Assembly: GCA_964057225.1 (NCBI GenBank)
Contig: CAXKVF010000081.1
Location: 186,001-250,000 of the forward strand
Origin: Auanema rhodensis
Lineage: Eukaryota > Animalia > Nematoda
Reading direction: 5' to 3'
Length of the DNA: 64,000 nt
The translations under genes were made by a program, and so were the position numbers. Within the stretch, counting starts at the first letter, position 1. Every line of letters starts with the position of its first letter. This document shows positions 11,793 to 26,925 of this stretch, piece after piece. The notes beneath the pieces were generated by a model, which saw only the letters and a program-made list of their open reading frames with translations, did not search any database and was not told the origin of the DNA.

Positions 11793-14700
11793 TCAAAGTC
11801 ATGGTTACCATGAACCAATATCAATAAAAATTTGTTTTTAGACTAATATGGACATGGGGAATCTAATTGTGAAAACCGCATCTCTTTATCTTTCACGTGA
11901 AGCGAGTTACATACCAAGTGCACATCACGTGTACATTTAATTAGCATAAATTAAAGTTCACGTAAATTTCAAAGTCATGGTTACCATGAAGCAATATCAA
12001 TAAAAATTTGTTTTTAGACTAATATGGACATGGGGAATCTAATTTTGAAAACCGCATCTCTTTATCTTTCACGTGAAGCGAGTTACATACCAAGTGCACA
12101 TCACGTGTACATTTAATTAGCATAAATTAAAGTTCACGTAAATTTCAAAGTCATGGTTACCATGAACCAATATCAATAAAAATTTGTTTTTAGACTAATA
12201 TGGACATGGGGAATCTAATTTTGAAAACCGCATCTCTTTATCTTTCACGTGAAGCGAGTTACATACCAAGTGCACATCACGTGTACATTTAATTAGCATA
12301 AATTAAAGTTCACGTAAATTTCAAAGTCATGGTTACCATGAACCAATATCAATAAAAATTTGTTTTTAGACTAATATGGACATGGGGAATCTAATTTTGA
12401 AAACCGCATCTCTTTATCTTTCACGTGAAGCGAGTTACATACCAAGTGCACATCACGTGTACATTTAATTAGCATAAATTAAAGTTCACGTAAATTTCAA
12501 AGTCATGGTTACCATGAACCAATATCAATAAAAATTTGTTTTTAGACTAATATGGACATGGGGAATCTAATTTTGAAAACCGCATTTCTTTATCTTTCAC
12601 GTGAAGCGAGTTACATACCAAGTGCACATCACGTGTACATTTGATTAGCATAAATTAAAGTTCACGTAAATTTCAAAGTCATGATTACCATGCACCAATA
12701 TCAATAAAAATTTGTTTTTAGACTAATATGGACATCGGGAATCTAATTTTGAAAACCGCATCTCTTTATCTTTCACGTGAAGCGAGTTACATACCAAGTG
12801 CACATCACGTGTACATTTAATTAGCATAAATTAAAGTTCACGTAAATTTCAAAGTCATGGTTACCATGAACCAATATCAATAAAAATTTGTTTTTAGACT
12901 AATATGGACATGGGGAATCTAATTTTGAAAACCGCATCTCTTTATCTTTCACGTGAAGCGAGTTACATACCAAGTGCACATCACGTGTACATTTAATTAG
13001 CATAAATTAAAGTTCACGTAAATTTCAAAGTCATGGTTACCATGAACCAATATCAATAAAAATTTGTTTTTAGACTAATATGGACATGGGGAATCTAATT
13101 TTGAAAACCGCATCTCTTTATCTTTCACGTGAAGCGAGTTACATACCAAGTGCACATCACGTGTACATTTAATTAGCATAAATTAAAGTTCACGTAAATT
13201 TCAAAGTCATGGTTACCATGAACCAATATCAATAAAAATTTGTTTTTAGACTAATATGGACATGAGGAATCTATTTTTGAAAACCGCATCTCTTTATCTT
13301 TCACGTGAAGCGAGTTACATACCAAGTGCACATCACGTGTACATTTAATTAGCATAAATTAAAGTTCACGTAAATTTCAAAGTCATGGTTACCATGAAGC
13401 AATATCAATAAAAATTTGTTTTTAGACTAATATGGACATGGGGAATCTAATTTTGAAAACCGCATCTCTTTATCTTTCACGTGAAGCGAGTTACATACCA
13501 AGTGCACATCACGTGTACATTTAATTAGCATAAATTAAAGTTCACGTAAATTTCAAAGTCATGGTTACCATGCACCAATATCAATAAAAATTTGTTTTTA
13601 GACTAATATGGACATGGGGAATCTAATTTTGAAAACCGCATCTCTTTATCTTTCACGTGAAGCGAGTTACATACCAAGTGCACATCACGTGTACATTTAA
13701 TTAGCATAAATTAAAGTTCACGTAAATTTCAAAGTCATGGTTACCATGAACCAATATCAATAAAAATTTGTTTTTAGACTAATATGGACATGAGGAATCT
13801 ATTTTTGAAAACCGCATCTCTTTATCTTTCACGTGAAGCGAGTTACATACCAAGTGCACATCACGTGTACATTTAATTAGCATAAATTAAAGTTCACGTA
13901 AATTTCAAAGTCATGGTTACCATGAAGCAATATCAATAAAAATTTGTTTTTAGACTAATATGGACATGGGGAATCTAATTTTGAAAACCGCATCTCTTTA
14001 TCTTTCACGTGAAGCGAGTTACATACCAAGTGCACATCACGTGTACATTTAATTAGCATAAATTAAAGTTCACGTAAATTTCAAAGTCATGGTTACCATG
14101 AACCAATATCAATAAAAATTTGTTTTTAGACTAATATGGACATGGGGAATCTAATTTTGAAAACCGCATTTCTTTATCTTTCACGTGAAGCGAGTTACAT
14201 ACCAAGTGCACATCACGTGTACATTTAATTAGCATAAATTAAAGTTCACGTAAATTTCAAAGTCATGGTTACCATGAACCAATATCAATAAAAATTTGTT
14301 TTTAGACTAATATGGACATGGGGAATCTAATTTTGAAAACCGCATTTCTTTATCTTTCACGTGAAGCGAGTTACATACCAAGTGCACATCACGTGTACAT
14401 TTAATTAGCATAAATTTAAGTTCACGTAAATTTCAAAGTCATGGTTACCATAACCAATATCAATAAAAATTTGTTTTTAGACTAATATGGACATGGGGAA
14501 TCTAATTTTGAAAACCGCATCTCTTTATCTTTCACGTGAAGCGAGTTACATACCAAGTGCACATCACGTGTACATTTAATTAGCATAAATTAAAGTTCAC
14601 GTAAATTTCAAAGTCATGGTTACCATGAACCAATATCAATAAAAATTTGTTTTTAGACTAATATGGACATGGGGAATCTAATTTTGAAAACCGCATCTCT

Positions 14701-17700
14701 TTATCTTTCACGTGAAGCGAGTTACATACCAAGTGCACATCACGTGTACATTTAATTAGCATAAATTAAAGTTCACGTAAATTTCAAAGTCATGGTTACC
14801 ATGAACCAATATCAATAAAAATTTGTTTTTAGACTAATATGGACATGAGGAATCTAATTTTGAAAACCGCATCTCTTTATCTTTCACGTGAAGCGAGTTA
14901 CATACCAAGTGCACATCACGTGTACATTTAATTAGCATAAATTAAAGTTCACGTAAATTTCAAAGTCATGGTTACCATGAACCAATATCAATAAAAATTT
15001 GTTTTTAGACTAATATGGACATGGGGAATCTAATTTTGAAAACCGCATCTCTTTATCTTTCACGTGAAGCGAGTTACATACCAAGTGCACATCACGTGTA
15101 CATTTAATTAGCATAGATTAAAGTTCACGTAAATTTCAAAGTCATGGTTACCATGCACCAATATCAATAAAAATTTGTTTTTAGACTAATATGGACATGG
15201 GGAATCTAATTTGAAAACCGCATCTCTTTATCTTTCACGTGAAGCGAGTTACATACCAAGTGCACATCACGTGTACATTTAATTAGCATAAATTTAAGTT
15301 CACGTAAATTTCAAAGTCATGGTTACCATGAACCAATATCAATAAAAATTTGTTTTTAGACTAATATGGACATGGGGAATCTAATTTGAAAACCGCATCT
15401 CTTTATCTTTCACGTGAAGCGAGTTACATACCAAGTGCACATCACGTGTACATTTAATTAGCATAAATTAAAGTTCACGTAAACTTCAAAGTCATGGTTA
15501 CCATGCACCAATATCAATAAAAATTTGTTTTTAGACTAATATGGACATGGGGAATCTAATTTTGAAAACCGCATCTCTTTATCTTTCACGTGAAGCGAGT
15601 TACATACCAAGTGCACATCACGTGTACATTTAATTAGCATAAATTAAAGTTCACGTAAATTTCAAAGTCATGGTTACCATGAACCAATATCAATAAAAAT
15701 TTGTTTTTAGACTAATATGGACATGGGGAATCTAATTTTGAAAACCGCATCTCTTTATCTTTCACGTGAAGCGAGTTACATACCAAGTGCACATCACGTG
15801 TACATTTAATTAGCATAAATTAAAGTTCACGTAAATTTCAAAGTCATGGTTACCATGAAGCAATATCAATAAAAATTTGTTTTTAGACTAATATGGACAT
15901 GGGGAATCTAATTTTGAAAACCGCATCTCTTTATCTTTCACGTGAAGCGAGTTACATACCAAGTGCACATCACGTGTACATTTAATTAGCATAAATTAAA
16001 GTTCACGTAAATTTCAAAGTCATGGTTACCATGAACCAATATCAATAAAAATTTGTTTTTAGACTAATATGGACATGGGGAATCTAATTTTGAAAACCGC
16101 ATCTCTTTATCTTTCACGTGAAGCGAGTTACATACCAAGTGCACATCACGTGTACATTTAATTAGCATAAATTGAAGTTCACGTAAATTTCAAAGTCATG
16201 GTTACCATGAACCAATATCAATAAAAATTTGTTTTTAGACTAATATGGACATGGAGAATCTAATTTTGAAAACTGCATCTCTTTATCTTTCACGTGAAGC
16301 GAGTTACATACCAAGTGCACATCACGTGTACATTTAATTAGCATAAATTAAAGTTCACGTAAATTTCAAAGTCATGGTTACCATGAAGCAATATCAATAA
16401 AAATTTGTTTTTAGACTAATATGGACATGGGGAATCTAATTTTGAAAACCGCATCTCTTTATCTTTCACGTGAAGCGAGTTACATACCAAGTGCACATCA
16501 CGTGTACATTTAATTAGCATAAATTAAAGTTCACGTAAATTTCAAAGTCATGGTTACCATGAACCAATATCAATAAAAATTTGTTTTTAGACTAATATGG
16601 ACATGGGGAATCTATTTTTGAAAACCGCATCTCTTTATCTTTCACATGAAGCGAGTTACATACCAAGTGCACATCACGTGTTCATTTAATTAGCATAAAT
16701 TAAAGTTCACGTAAATTTCAAAGTCATGGTTACCATGAAGCAATATCAATAAAAATTTGTTTTTAGACTAATATGGACATGGGGAATCTAATTTTGAAAA
16801 CCGCATCTCTTTATCTTTCACGTGAAGCGAGTTACATACCAAGTGCACATCACGTGTACATTTAATTAGCATAAATTAAAGTTCACGTAAATTTCAAAGT
16901 CATGGTTACCATGAACCAATATCAATAAAAATTTGTTTTTAGACTAATATGGACATGGGGAATCTAATTTTGAAAACCGCATCTCTTTATCTTTCACGTG
17001 AAGCGAGTTACATACCAAGTGCACATCACGTGTACATTTAATTAGCATAAATTAAAGTTCACGTAAATTTCAAAGTCATGGTTACCATGAAGCAATATCA
17101 ATAAAAATTTGTTTTTAGACTAATATGGACATGGGGAATCTAATTTTGAAAACCGCATCTCTTTATCTTTCACGTGAAGCGAGTTACATACCAAGTGCAC
17201 ATCACGTGTACATTTAATTAGCATAAATTAAAGTTCACGTAAATTTCAAAGTCATGGTTACCATGAACCAATATCAATAAAAATTTGTTTTTAGACTAAT
17301 ATGGACATGGGGAATCTAATTGTGAAAACCGCATCTCTTTATCTTTCACGTGAAGCGAGTTACATACCAAGTGCACATCACGTGTACATTTAATTAGCAT
17401 AAATTAAAGTTCACGTAAATTTCAAAGTCATGGTTACCATGAACCAATATCAATAAAAATTTGTTTTTAGACTAATATGGACATGGGGAATCTAATTTTG
17501 AAAACCGCATCTCTTTATCTTTCACGTGAAGCGAGTTACATACCAAGTGCACATCACGTGTACATTTAATTAGCATAAATTAAAGTTCACGTAAATTTCA
17601 AAGTCATGGTTACCATGAACCAATATCAATAAAAATTTGTTTTTAGACTAATATGGACATGGGGAATCTAATTTTGAAAACCGCATCTCTTTATCTTTCA

Positions 17701-20700
17701 CGTGAAGCGAGTTACATACCAAGTGCACATCACGTGTACATTTAATTAGCATAAATTAAAGTTCACGTAAATTTCAAAGTCATGGTTACCATGAACCAAT
17801 ATCAATAAAAATTTGTTTTTAGACTAATATGGACATGGGGAATCTAATTTTGAAAACCGCATCTCTTTATCTTTCACGTGAAGCGAGTTACATACCAAGT
17901 GCACATCACGTGTATATTTAATTAGCATAAATTAAAGTTCACGTAAATTTCAAAGTCATGGTTACCATGAACCAATATCAATAAAAATTTGTTTTTAGAC
18001 TAATATGGACATGGGGAATCTAATTTTGAAAACCGCATTTCTTTATCTTTCACGTGAAGCGAGTTACATACCAAGTGCACATCACGTGTACATTTAATTA
18101 GCATAAATTAAAGTTCACGTAAATTTCAAAGTCATGGTTACCATGCACCAATATCAATAAAAATTTGTTTTTAGACTAATATGGACATGGGGAATCTAAT
18201 TTTGAAAACCGCATCTCTTTATCTTTCACGTGAAGCGAGTTACATACCAAGTGCACATCACGTGTACATTTAATTAGCATAAATTAAAGTTCACGTAAAT
18301 TTCAAAGTCATGGTTACCATGAACCAATATCAATAAAAATTTGTTTTTAGACTAATATGGACATGGGGAATCTAATTTTGAAAACCGCATCTCTTTATCT
18401 TTCACGTGAAGCGAGTTACATACCAAGTGCACATCACGTGTACATTTAATTAGCATAAATTAAAGTTCACGTAAATTTCAAAGTCATGGTTACCATGAAC
18501 CAATATCAATAAAAATTTGTTTTTAGACTAATATGGACATGGGGAATCTAATTTTGAAAACCGCATTTCTTTATCTTTCACGTGAAGCGAGTTACATACC
18601 AAGTGCACATCACGTGTACATTTAATTAGCATAAATTAAAGTTCACGTAAATTTCAAAGTCATGGTTACCATGCACCAATATCAATAAAAATTTGTTTTT
18701 AGACTAATATGGACATGGGGAATCTAATTTTGGAAACCGAATCTCTTTATCTTTCACGTGAAGCGAGTTACATACCAAGTGCACATCACGTGTACATTTA
18801 ATTAGCATAAATTAAAGTTCACGTAAATTTCAAAGTCATGGTTACCATGAACCAATATCAATAAAAATTTGTTTTTAGACTAATATGGACATGGGGAATC
18901 TAATTTTGAAAACCGCATCTCTTTATCTTTCACGTGAAGCGAGTTACATACCAAGTGCACATCACGTGTACATTTAATTAGCATAAATTAAAGTTCACGT
19001 AAATTTCAAAGTCATGGTTACCATGAAGCAATATCAATAAAAATTTGTTTTTAGACTAATATGGACATGGGGAATCTAATTTTGAAAACCGCATCTCTTT
19101 ATCTTTCACGTGAAGCGAGTTACATACCAAGTGCACATCACGTGTACATTTAATTAGCATAAATTAAAGTTCACGTAAATTTCAAAGTCATGGTTACCAT
19201 GAACCAATATCAATAAAAATTTGTTTTTAGACTAATATGGACATGGGGAATCTAATTGTGAAAACCGCATCTCTTTATCTTTCACGTGAAGCGAGTTACA
19301 TACCAAGTGCACATCACGTGTACATTTAATTAGCATAAATTAAAGTTCACGTAAATTTCAAAGTCATGGTTACCATGAAGCAATATCAATAAAAATTTGT
19401 TTTTAGACTAATATGGACATGGGGAATCTAATTTTGAAAACCGCATCTCTTTATCTTTCATGTGAAGCGAGTTACATACCAAGTGCACATCACGTGTACA
19501 TTTAATTAGCATAAATTAAAGTTCACGTAAATTTCAAAGTCATGGTTACCATGAACCAATATCAATAAAAATTTGTTTTTAGACTAATATGGACATGGGG
19601 AATCTAATTTTGAAAACCGCATCTCTTTATCTTTCACGTGAAGCGAGTTACATACCAAGTGCACATCACGTGTACATTTAATTAGCATAAATTAAAGTTC
19701 ACGTAAATTTCAAAGTCATGGTTACCATGAACCAATATCAATAAAAATTTGTTTTTAGACTAATATGGACATGGGGAATCTAATTTTGAAAACCGCATCT
19801 CTTTATCTTTCACGTGAAGCGAGTTACATACCAAGTGCACATCACGTGTACATTTAATTAGCATAAATTAAAGTTCACGTAAATTTCAAAGTCATGGTTA
19901 CCATGAACCAATATCAATAAAAATTTGTTTTTAGACTAATATGGACATGGGGAATCTAATTTTGAAAACCGCATTTCTTTATCTTTCACGTGAAGCGAGT
20001 TACATACCAAGTGCACATCACGTGTACATTTAATTAGCATAAATTAAAGTTCACGTAAATTTCAAAGTCATGGTTACCATGAAGCAATATCAATAAAAAT
20101 TTGTTTTTAGACTAATATGGACATGGGGAATCTAATTTTGAAAACCGCATCTCTTTATCTTTCACGTGAAGCGAGTTACATACCAAGTGCACATCACGTG
20201 TACATTTAATTAGCATAAATTAAAGTTCACGTAAATTTCAAAGTCATGGTTACCATGAACCAATATCAATAAAAATTTGTTTTTAGACTAATATGGACAT
20301 GGGGAATCTAATTTTGAAAACCGCATCTCTTTATCTTTCACGTGAAGCGAGTTACATACCAAGTGCACATCACGTGTACATTTAATTAGCATAAATTAAA
20401 GTTCACGTAAATTTCAAAGTCATGGTTACCATGAACCAATATCAATAAAAATTTGTTTTTAGACTAATATGGACATGGGGAATCTAATTTTGAAAACCGC
20501 ATCTCTTTATCTTTCACGTGAAGCGAGTTACATACCAAGTGCACATCACGTGTACATTTAATTAGCATAAATTAAAGTTCACGTAAATTTCAAAGTCATG
20601 GTTACCATGAAGCAATATCAATAAAAATTTGTTTTTAGACTAATATGGACATGGGGAATCTAATTTTGAAAACCGCATCTCTTTATCTTTCACGTGAAGC

Positions 20701-23700
20701 GAGTTACATACCAAGTGCACATCACGTGTACATTTAATTAGCATAAATTAAAGTTCACGTAAATTTCAAAGTCATGGTTACCATGAACCAATATCAATAA
20801 AAATTTGTTTTTAGACTAATATGGACATGGGGAATCTAATTGTGAAAACCGCATCTCTTTATCTTTCACGTGAAGCGAGTTACATACCAAGTGCACATCA
20901 CGTGTACATTTAATTAGCATAAATTAAAGTTCACGTAAATTTCAAAGTCATGGTTACCATGAAGCAATATCAATAAAAATTTGTTTTTAGACTAATATGG
21001 ACATGGGGAATCTAATTTTGAAAACCGCATCTCTTTATCTTTCACGTGAAGCGAGTTACATACCAAGTGCACATCACGTGTACATTTAATTAGCATAAAT
21101 TAAAGTTCACGTAAATTCCAAAGTCATGGTTACCATGAACCAATATCAATAAAAATTTGTTTTTAGACTAATATGGACATGGGGAATCTAATTTTGAAAA
21201 CCGCATCTCTTTATCTTTCACGTGAAGCGAGTTACATACCAAGTGCACATCACGTGTTCATTTAATTAGCATAAATTAAAGTTCACGTAAATTTCAAAGT
21301 CATGGTTACCATGCACCAATATCAATAAAAATTTGTTTTTAGACTAATATGGACATGGGGAATCTAATTTTGAAAACCGCATCTCTTTATCTTTCACGTG
21401 AAGCGAGTTACATACCACGTGCACATCACGTGTACATTTAATTAGCATAAATTAAAGTTCACGTAAATTTCAAAGTCATGGTTACCATGAAGCAATATCA
21501 ATAAAAATTTGTTTTTAGACTAATATGGACATGGGGAATCTAATTTTGAAAACCGCATCTCTTTATCTTTCACGTGAAGCGAGTTACATATCAAGTGCAC
21601 ATCACGTGTACATTTAATTAGCATAAATTAAAGTTCACGTAAATTTCAAAGTCATGGTTACCATGAAGCAATATCAATAAAAATTTGTTTTTAGACTAAT
21701 ATGGACATGGGGAATCTAATTTTGAAAACCGCATCTCTTTATCTTTCACGTGAAGCGAGTTACATACCAAGTGCACATCACGTGTACATTTAATTAGCAT
21801 AAATTAAAGTTCACGTAAATTTCAAAGTCATGGTTACCATGAACCAATATCAATAAAAATTTGTTTTTAGACTAATATGGACATGGGGAATCTAATTTTG
21901 AAAACCGCATCTCTTTATCTTTCACGTGAAGCGAGTTACATACCAAGTGCACATCACGTGTACATTTAATTAGCATAAATTAAAGTTCACGTAAATTTCA
22001 AAGTCATGGTTACCATGAACCAATATCAATAAAAATTTGTTTTTAGACTAATATGGACATGGGGAATCTAATTTTGAAAACCGCATTTCTTTATCTTTCA
22101 CGTGAAGCGAGTTACATACCAAGTGCACATCACGTGTACATTTAATTAGCATAAATTAAAGTTCACGTAAATTTCAAAGTCATGGTTACCATGAAGCAAT
22201 ATCAATAAAAATTTGTTTTTAGACTAATATGGACATGGGGAATCTAATTTTGAAAACCGCATCTCTTTATCTTTCACGTGAAGCGAGTTACATACCAAGT
22301 GCACATCACGTGTACATTTAATTAGCATAAATTAAAGTTCACGTAAATTTCAAAGTCATGGTTACCATGAATTAATATCAATAAAAATTTGTTTTTAGAC
22401 TAATATGGACATGGGGAATCTAATTTTGAAAACCGCATCTCTTTATCTTTCACGTGAAGCGAGTTACATACCAAGTGCACATCACGTGTACATTTAATTA
22501 GCATAAATTAAAGTTCACGTAAATTTCAAAGTCATGGTTACCATGAACCAATATCAATAAAAATTTGTTTTTAGACTAATATGGACATGGGGAATCTAAT
22601 TTTGAAAACCGCATCTCTTTATCTTTCACGTGAAGCGAGTTACATACCAAGTGCACATCACGTGTACATTTAATTAGCATAAATTAAAGTTCACGTAAAT
22701 TTCAAAGTCATGGTTACCATGCACCAATATCAATAAAAATTTGTTTTTAGACTAATATGGACATGGGGAATCTAATTTTGAAAACCGAATCTCTTTATCT
22801 TTCACGTGAAGCGAGTTACATACCAAGTGCACATCACGTGTACATTTAATTAGCATAAATTAAAGTTCACGTAAATTTCAAAGTCATGGTTACCATGAAC
22901 CAATATCAATAAAAATTTGTTTTTAGACTAATATGGACATGGGGAATCTAATTTTGAAAACCGCATCTCTTTATCTTTCACGTGAAGCGAGTTACATACC
23001 AAGTGCACATCACGTGTACATTTAATTAGCATAAATTAAAGTTCACGTAAATTTCAAAGTCATGGTTACCATGAAGCAATATCAATAAAAATTTGTTTTT
23101 AGACTAATATGGACATGGGGAATCTAATTTTGAAAACCGCATCTCTTTATCTTTCACGTGAAGCGAGTTACATACCAAGTGCACATCACGTGTACATTTA
23201 ATTAGCATAAATTAAAGTTCACGTAAATTTCAAAGTCATGGTTACCATGAACCAATATCAATAAAAATTTGTTTTTAGACTAATATGGACATGGGGAATC
23301 TAATTGTGAAAACCGCATCTCTTTATCTTTCACGTGAAGCGAGTTACATACCAAGTGCACATCACGTGTACATTTAATTAGCATAAATTAAAGTTCACGT
23401 AAATTTCAAAGTCATGGTTACCATGAAGCAATATCAATAAAAATTTGTTTTTAGACTAATATGGACATGGGGAATCTAATTTTGAAAACCGCATCTCTTT
23501 ATCTTTCACGTGAAGCGAGTTACATACCAAGTGCACATCACGTGTACATTTAATTAGCATAAATTAAAGTTCACGTAAATTTCAAAGTCATGGTTACCAT
23601 GAACCAATATCAATAAAAATTTGTTTTTAGACTAATATGGACATGGGGAATCTAATTTTGAAAACCGCATCTCTTTATCTTTCATGTGAAGCGAGTTACA

Positions 23701-25869
23701 TACCAAGTGCACATCACGTGTACATTTAATTAGCATAAATTAAAGTTCACGTAAATTTCAAAGTCATGGTTACCATGAACCAATATCAATAAAAATTTGT
23801 TTTTAGACTAATATGGACATGGGGAATCTAATTTTGAAAACCGCATCTCTTTATCTTTCACGTGAAGCGAGTTACATACCAAGTGCACATCACGTGTACA
23901 TTTAATTAGCATAAATTAAAGTTCACGTAAATTTCAAAGTCATGGTTACCATGCACCAATATCAATAAAAATTTGTTTTTAGACTAATATGGACATGGGG
24001 AATCTAATTTTGAAAACCGCATCTCTTTATCTTTCACGTGAAGCGAGTTACATACCAAGTGCACATCACGTGTACATTTAATTAGCATAAATTAAAGTTC
24101 ACGTAAATTTCAAAGTCATGGTTACCATGAACCAATATCAATAAAAATTTGTTTTTAGACTAATATGGACATGGGGAATCTAATTTTGAAAACCGCATCT
24201 CTTTATCTTTCACGTGAAGCGAGTTACATACCAAGTGCACATCACGTGTACATTTAATTAGCATAAATTAAAGTTCACGTAAATTTCAAAGTCATGGTTA
24301 CCATGAACCAATATCAATAAAAATTTGTTTTTAGACTAATATGGACATGGGGAATCTAATTTTGAAAACCGCATCTCTTTATCTTTCACGTGAAGCGAGT
24401 TACATACCAAGTGCACATCACGTGTACATTTAATTAGCATAAATTAAAGTTCACGTAAATTTCAAAGTCATGGTTACCATGAACCAATATCAATAAAAAT
24501 TTGTTTTTAGACTAATATGGACATGGGGAATATAATTTTGAAAACCGCATCTCTTTATCTTTCACGTGAAGCGAGTTACATACCAAATGCACATCACGTG
24601 TACATTTAATTAGCATAAATTAAAGTTCACGTAAACTTCAAAGTCATGGTTACCATGAACCAATATCAATAAAAATTTGTTTTTAGACTAATATGGACAT
24701 GGGGAATCTAATTTTGAAAACCGCATCTCTTTATCTTTAACGTGAAGCGAGTTACATACCAAGTGCACATCACGTGTACATTTAATTAGCATAAATTAAA
24801 GTTCACGTAAACTTCAAAGTCATGGTTACCATGAAGCAATATCAATAAAAATTTGTTTTTAGACTAATATGGACATGGGGAATCTAATTTTGAAAACCGC
24901 ATCTCTTTATCTTTCACGTGAAGCGAGTTACATACCAAGTGCACATCACGTGTACATTTAATTAGCATAAATTAAAGTTCACGTAAATTTCAAAGTCATG
25001 GTTACCATGAAGCAATATCAATAAAAATTTGTTTTTAGACTAATATGGACATGGGGAATCTAATTTTGAAAACCGCATCTCTTTATCTTTCACGTGAAGC
25101 GAGTTACATACCAAGTGCACATCACGTGTACATTTAATTAGCATAAATTAAAGTTCACGTAAATTTCAAAGTCATGGTTACCATGCACCAATATCAATAA
25201 AAATTTGTTTTTAGACTAATATGGACATGGGGAATCTAGTTTTGAAAACCGCATCTCTTTATCTTTCACGTGAAGCGAGTTACATACCAAGTGCACATCA
25301 CGTGTACATTTAATTAGCATAAATTAAAGTTCACGTAAATTTCAAAGTCATGGTTACCATGAACCAATATCAATAAAAATTTGTTTTTAGACTAATATGG
25401 ACATGGGGAATCTAATTTTGAAAACCGCATCTCTTTATCTTTCACGTGAAGCGAGTTACATACCAAGTGCACATCACGTGTACATTTAATTAGCATAAAT
25501 TAAAGTTCACGTAAATTTCAAAGTCATGGTTACCATGAAGCAATATCAATAAAAATTTGTTTTTAGACTAATATGGACATGGGGAATCTAATTTTGAAAA
25601 CCGCATCTCTTTATCTTTCACGTGAAGCGAGTTACATACCAAGTGCACATCACGTGTACATTTAATTAGCATAAATTAAAGTTCACGTAAATTTCAAAGT
25701 CATGGTTACCATGAACCCATATCAATAAAAATTTGTTTTTAGACTAATATGGACATGGGGAATCTAATTTTGAAAACCGCATCTCTTTATCTTTCACGTG
25801 AAGCGAGTTACATACCAAGTGCACATCACGTGTACATTTAATTAGCATAAATTAAAGTTCACGTAAATT

Positions 25870-26925
25870 TCAAAGTCATGGTTACCATGAAGAAATATCA
25901 ATAAAAATTTGTTTTTAGACTAATATGGACATGGGGAATCTAATTTTGAAAACCGCATCTCTTTATCTTTCACGTGGAGCGAGTTACATACCAAGTGCAC
26001 ATCACGTGTACATTTAATTAGCATAAATTAAAGTTCACGTAAATTTCAAAGTCATGGTTACCATGAACCAATATCAATAAAAATTTGTTTTTAGACTAAT
26101 ATGGACATGGGGAATCTAATTTTGAAAACCGCATCTCTTTATCTTTCACGTGAAGCGAGTTACATACCAAGTGCACATCACGTGTACATTTAATTAGCAT
26201 AAATTAAAGTTCACGTAAATTTCAAAGTCATGGTTACCATGAATCAATATCAATAAAAATTTGTTTTTAGACTAATATGGACATGGGGAATCTAATTTTG
26301 AAAACCGCATCTCTTTATCTTTCACGTGAAGCGAGTTACATACCAAGTGCACATCACGTGTACATTTAATTAGCATAAATTAAAGTTCACGTAAATTTCA
26401 AAGTCATGGTTACCATGAAGAAATATCAATAAAAATTTGTTTTTAGACTAATATGGACATGGGGAATCTAATTTTGAAAACCGCATCTCTTTATCTTTCA
26501 CGTGGAGCGAGTTACATACCAAGTGCACATCACGTGTACATTTAATTAGCATAAATTAAAGTTCACGTAAATTTCAAAGTCATGGTTACCATGAACCAAT
26601 ATCAATAAAAATTTGTTTTTAGACTAATATGGACATGGGGAATCTAATTTTGAAAACCGCATCTCTTTATCTTTCACGTGAAGCGAGTTACATACCAAGT
26701 GCACATCACGTGTACATTTAATTAGCATAAATTAAAGTTCACGTAAATTTCAAAGTCATGGTTACCATGAATCAATATCAATAAAAATTTGTTTTTAGAC
26801 TAATATGGACATGGGGAATCTAATTTTGAAAACCGCATCTCTTTATCTTTCACGTGAAGCGAGTTACATACCAAGTGCACATCACGTGTACATTCAATTA
26901 GCATAAATTAAAGTTCACGTAAATT
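25870..26925 (+). repeat. Tandem duplication of a 3-monomer (528-bp) block
   Basis: The pattern GAAGAAAT + GTGGAGC / consensus / GAATCAAT occurs at 25870, 26046, 26222 and again at 26398, 26574, 26750. Confidence 0.9.
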
